Assembly (NCBI RefSeq): GCF_000400465.1
Contig: NW_008806285.1
Span: forward strand, 90,001 to 122,000
Source: Wallemia ichthyophaga EXF-994
Lineage: Eukaryota > Fungi > Basidiomycota
Direction: 5' to 3'
Length of the DNA stretch: 32,000 nt
Numbering within the stretch: position 1 is the stretch's first letter; the number at the start of each line of letters is the position of its first letter. Both the position numbers and the translations under genes were made by a program. This document shows positions 23,106 through 32,000 of the stretch, one piece after another. Under the pieces are notes generated by a model, which saw nothing but the letters and a program-made list of their open reading frames with translations, made no database searches and was not told the DNA's origin.

Positions 23106-23736
23106 ATTCCGCTTATGTCTGGTTGAGTTGATTTAATGAGCGTGGATTGTTTTGTTTGTGCAAGTAAACCCTTGATATATAGATATTATTCAAAAGCCTT
23201 TAGTCTGCCGCGTATGAGCCTATATTCATACCGAAGCTAATATTCGTGCACGGGCGTGCCGAGGTCATAGATGAACTGACTGCATTGGGTTGGTCATTAT
23301 TGCATCTCATTCAACTCTTTACTCCTCCTGCTTATGCCCACGGGAGTGATGGTCAATGTCAGGTCAAAGTCGCACAATCTCCACGCAAAGTGTCAAGTAC
23401 AAAGTTCTTTATTAGAATCACAAAATAACATATATTATAATTATAAAGTTTGTTTGTATATTGGGCTACAGAAGTCAACCCTACCGCACAGATTGCAGAC
23501 TGTTACATCTCACAATCCATAAGCAGCGGGTCCGGCTTTTCTCAGCTCATCTTTTATCTCTGACTGGACACATACCGATGCTCAATCAATTTGAGCTCAG
23601 TCGCAATTCTTTTCCTCAAGGGTGGATTTGCCGGTCTAAGTCATTTTTGTTTGAGAAGTAAATGTTGCGAATTTGTAGTACAAGTACACCGAAAAAATTT
23701 AATCCAAGTTCATTATTCCTTGCTTGGAGATCCAGT

Positions 23737-26700
23737 TCATGATTTCTTACTAAGAAGATCTTTGCCAACTCCCAGCGATCGCTTGCCTATGTTCGAAGCT
23801 AATGAGAGTACGCCCACAGAATCGTGAATCTCGCCATCTGATATATTCTCAGATGTCAGCGTCCAATCGTCATCGTTGTCATCAGTATCGTGATTTTCCA
23901 TGTTACTGTCGTCTTGTATGTCGTCGTGTTCTTTCGCTCTTGCTGTAACCACTGTCTGAGCGTAGTCCATATATCTGTATAAACATTTGATAGCTGTACC
24001 CTGAAGATTTATTAGCTAAAAAAATATACACCCAGGCGATATACCTACTACGCCATCTTCCTTTCTTATCTTCTCACCCACAGTCTTAGCATTCGCGATT
24101 TGCTTCTTGTCCGTGGTTGCATCCTTGAGAGCTTTAGACAGTGTGTCTACTGTAAGCTTGCGAACACTCGCGCCCAGATTCGCAGCCTCGACTCTATCAG
24201 CATTGAAGAACTGGTCACCAAAGAACGGCTTAATGACCGTTGGAAGTCCTGCTCTTAAACTGGCGCCTGTCGTACCACTACCGCCATGGTGTACAGCTGC
24301 ATCTATCAGCGGGAAAAGCTTGGCATGGTCGACTGTATTAATTGAGAAGATACATTTTGGTAGCTGAGGTTCTTCTTTCTTCTTGTCAGTGTGCATTCGA
24401 TCCGACCATCCTTTCGAAAGAATGGCATAGACGCCAGCGTTTTCAATAGCCTCCACTACAATTCTTGTCATCTCGTCCGGATCACTAACAACAATCGAGC
24501 CAAAACCAATATAGACTACCTTCTTACACAGTCTTCGACCTTCATCTACGAACTCGAGCATATCTTGGTGATCCTCCGATTCCAATCCCTTCCTGTTTTC
24601 TTCATTGTTTGTATTGAATGAGTCCATAAACCAGTAACCAGTGACATGGATCCACTCATTCCAATCAAGCGGCTTGGGTACTAGTGTTGGAGAGAAGCAG
24701 TACAAGAATGGAACCTTATGCTGTGCCAATCTTTGCAAATTCGTACCTTTCAGCCCCAGTGTCGATCTTCTCCATCTATTAATTTGTCCGGAGATAGCTC
24801 GCCAAAAGACCTGATCAAATATCGTGTAAGTCATCCAATTGTATGATCCACCCATTCGATGCTCGGGTACAGCGAACGCATGTGGATAAGCTCTTGTTCT
24901 TGTCCATGTCATAGTGAATGCTCTAAAGTATGGTATCTTGAGAGCTTCAGCTATGTGTATTCCAGCCATAGCTGACGGTGACTCAATCAGTACGTCTGTC
25001 TCCTGACAAGCCTCCCATGATCGTCTCAGTAGCTCGTCAAGCCAGTTTCTGAACTTGGATAGACCTTCCTTTAAAAATGCCAGCGTAAATGTACCATTCT
25101 CAACACAGATTTGCATAAGCTCGGCAGGATCTCCACCCACTTCCCTATGCTCAATACCAGATCCTTCGACCCATTCTTTGTATTCTCCATGCGTCGCTAT
25201 TCTGCATTCGTGTCCCTCTTTGATTAGTCCCTTGCACAACGCTATGTACGGTTGCACGTCACCTCTACTACCGATCGTGAGACATGTAATACGGAGCCGC
25301 TTAGTTGGCTGAAACGAGACTACAGATGTTGATGCTGATAAGCCATCTTCATCGGGCACAGGCGCCGTCTGTGATGGGCGTCTGTATGACAGCGAGAGAT
25401 CCTCGATGATTTGAGCTTCTTTAAGACCTTTTGAAGATTGAGTGTGTCGAAGAGCTGGATTCTTTACAAGCCTATCGAGCTGCGTGGAGAGTAGCTTCTC
25501 GCATGCGTCACGACGGTTAGCGGTGGTGAATTCAATGAAGAGTTCCTCGTGACCTGGACGTGATTAAGTATTCTGCTAACAAACGACAAAAGATTACTCA
25601 CGATGTATAATCATGATGAGACCATGGAACGAGAAACGAAGAGGTTTGTGAGGTTGAACAGCTTGTAAATCACTTAATGGTAATATCATCTAAAATATCT
25701 CAGTTTGTCAATTTTACTCCGTATCTGACCCACCTTTGTCTTGCCTAGCATCTGTAATGATCTAAAGCAGAGATAATTGTCCGTGATGTAAACTTTACCA
25801 GGCACAGGATACATTCTAAACAAGGCACAATTGAAATGACCAAGTATCCTTTCCTCGGATAAAGCAAAGAAAGCGTTGAATTTTTGCTGGATATCTTCCT
25901 CGGCTCGAAGCACATCCTCCGTGCCTTCGCTGTGCTCCAAAACAGAGAAATCGCTACCAACATCTTCAAACTCATCATCAGACTCAGCAGAATTACTTCT
26001 AGATCTCGACCTTTGAGCGCTCCTATTCGAAGGTTCTTCATATGTTTCGCATACTCTACTATTGGTTCTCATTAAAGTACCGCTGATAGCTGGATTAGGC
26101 AAAGGTCGCTGAGGTTGTTGGAGCTGTTGGGGCTGTTGAGGTTGTTGACGTTGCTTATTACTATTGCTATTAGCGTCATTGTTATTATTGTTATTTAGAA
26201 ATGGTAAATTCGGTAATTTAGGTAAGATGGTCGATAAGTGTGGGTGTGGAATCATGCGTGGAGCACTGTATACCGCTTTACCAACTTTCAAGCTACCAGA
26301 TTTGATCCATGAAGGAATTTCAGAGGTTAATGACCGACTTCTATCGCGGTTGCGGTTATGTGGCGGATAAGTATGATCGCTCTGTGCGCTAGACGCCGGT
26401 CTCGCTGTCATTTCAGATCCTTCAAGGACCTCTCCTTTCATCTTGGATGGAGATTCTGTCAAAGTCTCATTAGACAATATGCGATGGACATTCTGTCTAT
26501 ACGAATCTAATATCTGACGCAATGTGTTACTGGCAAATTGACTGTCTTTAAAGTGATCAAAGTAGTAGCAATCTGCACCATCCTCGTTATTTATGTAGCT
26601 GACCGCTACGCTATCAGCGAATTCCAGATTAGACGATCTTTCAACGTTGATTATGTGGTCATATGGAACGACAAGCTTGGACTTTGTTAGTGTTGAAGAG

Positions 26701-27922
26701 TGGAACCGCTATACCCACCTTGAATGATCCAGACTCGTTCTGTGATCTAAAGATACCCTTTCTAATCATCTTGACCCACTCATTTCTACCAACCTTGGAA
26801 TCAGCCACGAAGTTAAATTTGCGTTCAGAAGTGACGACAACGAATTCCCTATCACTATTCTTGACAGTGACGCTGCTGATAGCGTACCTGAGCGCTATGT
26901 TGCCGACTGGGAAATAAGGGTCCGTTTCGCTGCCGAACCAGCTCAATACGTCATTTTTCAGGGTAAGCCAGTATCTGATAACACGTCTCGTCCTGAGGGT
27001 GCGTTTACTGATTGGGCCATTTTTAACGAGACTATCCCTCGCAGGTGAGGGGACGTGTGCAAAGAAACACAAGAAGGAGTCTGTTGAATATAAGAAACCT
27101 TCTAGCAGTGGTCTGTAGCTTGATCCGAGGAGAGAGGATCTAAACTCTGCGTGAATTTCCTCTTCACCCTCCAAATTGAAGATCTCTGCCAGCTTCTTTG
27201 ACAATGTTCTGCGTCTCTGTGTGGACTTTTTCTTCAATGACTGTGATTTGCTCTTAAGTGCAGTGTCGTCGGAGCTATCAGAGCTATCAGAATCCTCTTT
27301 TTCAGATTCGTGAGGGGTACCTGTCACAGGTGTGGAAGTAGACGATTCAGCTTCTTGATGTTGTGTGTCGTTATGTACTGTGTTCAGTGAGGAGTAATGG
27401 TCTATTTGACGGAGTTAGACTGATTTTCATTTACAACGCCCGACTTACTTAGCACGCTATTGTTTTGTGCTTTATCCTCGAGTACCTCCTCATCATCATC
27501 GTCATTGCTATCATCATCAGCATGGCGGGCGAATGCCTGTATGACCTGTATGAGGGACTGTGTGCCCAAACGCATCTTTTTGCCATTAGAGATTGCCATA
27601 GTGCCAGTCGCCGTTAACTTACATTAGTATCACCACGCCAGCTTTTAGACGGCGTCAAAAAAGCCGAAGACGTTCCTTGCTGTGCTGAAAGTTCATTTGG
27701 GGAGGCTGTGGTATGTAATTAGCCCAACTTAATTATTCGCAGTATCCACACACTCGTTTGGAAGTATCCCTCGTTCTTGTCCTGCTCGTGGGGAACCTGG
27801 CGATCCTGACATTCCTGGTGATTGTGGCGTTCCTGATCCGTGCTAATGGACTGCGAATTGCTGGTTTCGGCCGTAGGCTGACTCATTTCTGCCGCCCCCT
27901 GCTTTTGCTCAGTTTCAGTCAT
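23737..27922 (-). CDS. ATG26: Sterol 3-beta-glucosyltransferase (PH + GRAM + GT1 domains)
   Basis: PH domain RYWLTLKNDVLSWF..ETDPYFPVGNIALRY, GRAM domain GHFNCALFRMYPVPGKVYITDNYLCFRS, and GT domain ITCLTIGSRGDVQPYIAL, ESPSAMAGIHIAEAL, HHGGSGTTGASLRAGLPTVIKPFFGDQFF. The probable start is MTETEQK at 27922. It has multiple introns. Confidence 0.94.
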
Positions 27923-27972
27923 AGTATTGGGGAAACAAGGAAATGGATGGAAAACAAGTAGTTACAAATATG

Positions 27973-29157
27973 CTATAGACCCCCGAATATTTCGCGAAGC
28001 TTTCCCATTAGTGCGCTGGCTTTTCCATGCGGTCTCCTCGGCGACTGTTCTGGCGGAGTGTGATGATGATGATGGTGCGGTGATGGCGTCACAGCAGCTT
28101 CTCTCGCGCGCTGAAGCTCACTATCAAGCAGCAGCAAGCCTCTGCGAGTAGATGGTGGTGCTATTGCGTTATATGATTTGATCGCACCGTTCACGCGATC
28201 CAACAAAATCATGTGATACGATTGCTGACGCTGTTCCCAATCTCTATCGCGGGGTACGTACGTGGGTGTATGCGTAGGAGCATGGTCGCTTTTGCAGTCA
28301 TTTGCTGTTATGCGCCCAGTATACCTCCATCTCTTTGTGTACTCCTCACGCAGATAATTTCTCAATGACGTCACCTCGCCCTCCATCAACATCTGTAACT
28401 CGACGAACGCAGGCACAGCGCCCTGTCTACTGATAAGTCTATTCATGAGGAACTCCTCGCGATCAATGAAGGGGTTTCCTTCCGACACGCTCCCGAGCGG
28501 TTCACCTTTTCCTGGAAGATTGTTAAACTGACCTTGCCGCTGAGCGCGTTGAATCTGCACCTCCACAAGCGACTGCCATCCCTCTAGAGACTGAGGGCGA
28601 GGGCGGAACTGCGATTGTTGGTGCTCGTTGTTCTGTATGTCGTCGAGACTGCCCGTCAACGAGTAATCAATTGCGCCATCCCGCGCATTGACCAGACGAC
28701 GCTGTCTGTCTTTGGATTTCTTTGTATCACGAATCAACGCCTTTGTCTTGGAGTCGGGGTTAAGGGATTGTAATTTCTGGCGCGCCTGCGACTGGAGATT
28801 GCGGGCTCTGTAGATAGACGGCTGTTTACTGCGTGAAGCATGGGAGGGTTGCACGAACTCAGCATCCCACGGCATGAAGTTGGGGTCTGAAGGGATCAGG
28901 TTGTCTGTGGGGGATAGTGGCTGCTGTACGGTTTTGAGCTTTGAATCACCATAATGATCCTTTCTGCCGTCTCTGAGAGGTTTACGGGAGTCGATTAGCA
29001 TACGGAGTGTTGTGTGGTGTGGATGCTCGTCGCCATCCCAAGCATCTTCGGAGTGATTCGTGGGCGATAGATGTTTAGGCTGATCATTAACCTCCTTTAA
29101 AGCATCCCTGAACAACCGCCGTTTAGATTTATCGAGAAGGCTGAGCGAGTTTCGCAT
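27973..29157 (-). CDS. DUF1992 (DNAJC28 conserved domain) protein, probably mitochondrial
   Basis: LVEVQIQRAQRQGQFNNLPGKGEPL...NPFIDREEFLMNRLISRQGAVPAFVELQ. The first ATG is at 29157 (MRNSLSLLDKSKRRLFR, presequence-like). The ORF-track start at 29268 is a TTG. Confidence 0.85.
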   Translation of the reverse strand: MRNSLSLLDKSKRRLFRDALKEVNDQPKHLSPTNHSEDAWDGDEHPHHTTLRMLIDSRKPLRDGRKDHYGDSKLKTVQQPLSPTDNLIPSDPNFMPWDAEFVQPSHASRSKQPSIYRARNLQSQARQKLQSLNPDSKTKALIRDTKKSKDRQRRLVNARDGAIDYSLTGSLDDIQNNEHQQSQFRPRPQSLEGWQSLVEVQIQRAQRQGQFNNLPGKGEPLGSVSEGNPFIDREEFLMNRLISRQGAVPAFVELQMLMEGEVTSLRNYLREEYTKRWRYTGRITANDCKSDHAPTHTPTYVPRDRDWEQRQQSYHMILLDRVNGAIKSYNAIAPPSTRRGLLLLDSELQRAREAAVTPSPHHHHHHTPPEQSPRRPHGKASALMGKLREIFGGL

Positions 29158-29197
29158 CTGAGTGAGTAATATAGCTGTTAGTGCGCTGCTATTCAAA

Positions 29198-29211
29198 TAT
29201 TTTATAAAATA
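29198..29211. promoter_or_regulatory. Palindromic TATA-like element (TATTTTATAAAATA) in the divergent DUF1992/IPK promoter
   Basis: A perfect 14-bp palindrome that reads TATAAAA on both strands, about 40 and 58 bp from the two start codons. Confidence 0.5.
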
Positions 29212-29268
29212 ATCAAATTTATCCAAAGTATCCAGATTTCTGGAATTTATCTTTATCGGCTTCCTCAA

Positions 29269-30156
29269 ATGCCGTCATCACCTTTGCAAGTCGTCGGTGG
29301 ACACAAAGATACAATCGAACTAGACGAGGATGATATGCTGATAAAAACTACAAACCCAACTGAACTCGATTTCTACCAGTCTGTTAACATCGCTCACTCG
29401 ATCTACCACCACATTCCACACTTCTACGGCGCGTTGAAGCTCCACAGCGCACCCAACCCTCCCAGCGCTGAAGACGCGCCTAAAGAGGTGCGTCTGTTCC
29501 ACCTAAACACACACTCTCACTCCAATTCCAGGCTATTGTCCTCGAAAACCTCACAGATTACTTCAGCATACCCAACATATGCGATATCAAACTAGGCAAG
29601 GTGCTCTATGATGACCACGCCACCCCTGAGAAGCAGCAGCGCATGGAGCAGTCCTCCATCAACACCACCAGTCATGCCACTGGCATCCGCTTCACTGGCT
29701 TCAAGGTGCGTGTCTTCTCCCTGTCTTACCTCTCTAAAATCAAGACACTAGGTTTGGAATACTGCTAAGGAGGATTATGACGTCACCGATAAGGCGTACG
29801 GCAAATCTCTCACCCCTCAACAGCTCCCTGATGCTTTGAGGAGGTTCATACCCATACCACACTCCCTCACCATCAAACAACTCAAATTCGTCGTCTCCTC
29901 TATCCATTCTCAGCTCCTTTCTGTACGTGACGCCGTCTCTCTCATGCCCTTCCGCTCTATCAGCTCCTCTATCCTCATCGTTCATGAGGCCGACTCAGAC
30001 GACTTCCTCGAAGAACAGGCTGCCATGGTCAAACTCATTGACTTTGCTCATACCAGACTGACAGACGCTGACACGCCCGATATGAATATATTGGCTGGTA
30101 TCGACACATTGATTGACCTAGTGTACAATTATAAAGAATACATTAATCAGTTGTAG
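29269..30156 (+). CDS. ARG82: Inositol polyphosphate multikinase (IPK superfamily, Arg82/Ipk2-like)
   Basis: QVVGGH, ELDFYQ, IVLENLT..F..PNICDIKLG (PxxxDxKxG), TTSHATGIRFTGFK|VWN, SSSILIVHE and VKLIDFAH. Introns are at 29488-29531 and about 29706-29752. Confidence 0.9.
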
Positions 30157-30177
30157 ACTATCTTGGTATTTGGTATA

Positions 30178-32000
30178 TTATTGTCTCGCTCTTGCTCTCG
30201 GCGCCTTGTTTTCATCGTTAGTTTCTCTCGTCTCACTAGTTTCGGTTATGTGCAGCTTCTCAGCCAGGCCTCTGATTTTGATTGATGCGCTTCTCTTGCG
30301 CTCTCTGTGATTTTTGGAGATACTGCCATACCTCTCCAATCCCCACAGCATCACTTCACTCTTCCCCACCTTGACTTTATCGAGATTGAGGCCCTGTTTT
30401 TCCATCTCATTGAGAAAAATTTTGAAGTGATTCTGTGAAGCAATGTGTGTTAATTTGGTTTATTTAAGCACTCGCCCACTCGCAACTCACTATGGAAGAT
30501 CTGTAATGTCCACTCAGCGGACTAAGCGCTGAAATTTGACCATTTCGCACCCTAATCAACCCCGCACTTGAGACAAGGCCGCCAGAGAGGAAGGACGAGT
30601 GCTGAAAAGTCCCTGTCGATTTGATCCCAACAAACATATTATCTGGGAGGTTGCCGGCTGGTTAGATGGTCCATGGCGCATTCTAACACCCACACTGCAT
30701 ATCAGACACCTGCGCAGTTCACGTCAGACATGATCCACTCTCAAACACACTCATCTTCACTTACATATATCCACGTATTCTTTCCGACAGTTTTACGCAG
30801 AAGCCTATCCATGATACCACGCGCTGTGTATTTATGGTGAGTTTTGTCATCCTTCTTGTCATCTAAATCAATCATGTCATGGGCGTGTTCATATGCATCG
30901 TCGCGCTCTCTCTGCGCAATCTCATCATCATCATCAGAGCTGGAGGGGGAGTCAAACGATGTCCACACGGAGCTATCTTCGCTGATAGACGACCTGTTAT
31001 CTTGTGCATGCTGCTGATACTGTTCACACTGCCCACCCTCGAAGCCTTCCTGAAGTGGTATTATCCCAGACCCATCTCCAGAATCCTGCCATCTGTCCGG
31101 AGCTGTATCCACCGCTTCACCATTTTTTGCCCAGTGCAGCAGACCTGTCAAAGGATTAGGCACTACGAGGTAGCTGTTATGTGTTAAATCGCGTTCAAAA
31201 CCACTCTAAACCCACTTCAGGCGCTGTTCAGCAGAGCAGTAAAAGATCTGCTCTTTGTCCAATCGCTCACGCGGGCATTCATCGAGATCGAGGTGGGTGC
31301 CCTCACCGTAATCGAGCCTGAGACCAGGTGAAAACGTTAGCATCAAGCACCGTCCGCCAAAAGGCACGCAACTCACCACCGGAAAAAGTTATCAGATGTA
31401 CCTGAAACCGACCATAATTTATGGTAGCATTTTAAATTAACACCATAACGATGTTTTGTGTCAATCATTTCGAGCCAGTGCTGCTCTTCTAGTCGCTTTG
31501 ATTGTTTTTCCTGTAATGCCTGCGTGGGTTTCTGGTCAGGACCTACGCGTCCCTGCAGGCGTCTTTCCACATCCCTCTTCTTGGATTTGGCTTTAGAAAT
31601 GAATTTAAGATTTAGGACCTTCTCAGCCGCTCCTTCTTTACCGCCGTTCTCTTCTTTCTTCGTAAGCATCTCTTGCACTTTCGCAGAGACTTGTTTTGGG
31701 TCTTGATCTTGGTCTTGGTATTGGTCTCTCGAGGACAGGCCATCGTGCAGGCGCGACGCGAAGAATCCAGCTCTTTGGAAACGTTCTGTCGCGCTGTTGC
31801 GCCGTGCACTCGTCTGGCTCAGCACTGCCTCCTTCATTTTGAGATCTGCAACGGGCGATAAGCTGTGCTGATACAGAGAGCAACATGCAATGTGCTTACC
31901 GGTTAAAATTTCTAAGAATGCGTCAGATACACCACACACAAAATTCCTCACCTACCTGACCATCTCGTTGCTGCTGCCAATCGCTGCTGCTGCACTTGGA
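30178..32000 (-). CDS. IQ-motif calmodulin-binding protein of the plant/fungal IQM family (5' end outside the window)
   Basis: QHWLEMIDTKHRYGVNLKCYHKLW....NFFRW|LDYGEG, WIYVSD, MFVGIKSTGTFQHSSFLSGGLVSSAGLIRVRNGQISALSPLSGHYR and a final exon ending at 30178. It has several introns. Confidence 0.88.

Noticed and set aside
29158-29268. N-terminal extension of DUF1992 to 29268 abutting the IPK ATG with a 0-bp gap
   Set aside because: The ORF-track start is TTG. The first ATG (29157) yields a presequence-like N-terminus, and the extension is AT-rich promoter-like sequence.
30595-30625. GAAAAGTCCC, resembling the RNase P/MRP RNA CR-I motif
   Set aside because: It lies antisense to a well-conserved coding exon of the IQM gene (GIKSTGTFQHSSFL), and no matching CR-V was found.
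1-32000. tRNA, rRNA, transposon, CRISPR array, or secondary-metabolite/defence gene cluster
   Set aside because: I saw no T-loop/cloverleaf motifs, rRNA tracts, terminal repeats, transposase/RT motifs, regularly spaced repeats or PKS/NRPS domains. Almost all sequence is accounted for by conserved eukaryotic genes.

Overview
Eukaryotic DNA: a very gene-dense fungal (basidiomycete-like) chromosome segment with about 18 protein-coding genes in 32 kb, short GT-AG introns (about 45-60 nt) and intergenic gaps mostly of 20-200 bp. This architecture suggests a Wallemia-like genome, which is an inference. In order: the 3' end of a winged-helix protein, an Hmp1/CsbD-like small protein, an RNase III, an alpha/beta hydrolase, TTI1, an acetyl-CoA transporter, YPI1, TAF8, a HAD dehalogenase, the complex I 51-kDa subunit, NUFIP1/Rsa1, ELP1, CCT8, a Utr2/Crh-type GH16, ATG26 sterol glucosyltransferase, a DUF1992 protein, an inositol polyphosphate kinase, and an IQM-type calmodulin-binding protein that runs off the right edge. 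I saw no tRNA, rRNA, transposon or CRISPR array. I found no convincing novel multi-gene system; this looks like housekeeping DNA. The points most worth checking are a 5'-to-3' C-rich to G-rich gradient within genes, very short bidirectional promoters, several micro-exons, an RNase III with a variant signature and an ambiguous 3' end, an unidentified winged-helix protein, and two unusually long unexplained intervals. All identifications come from manual translation and recalled family motifs; no database search was run.
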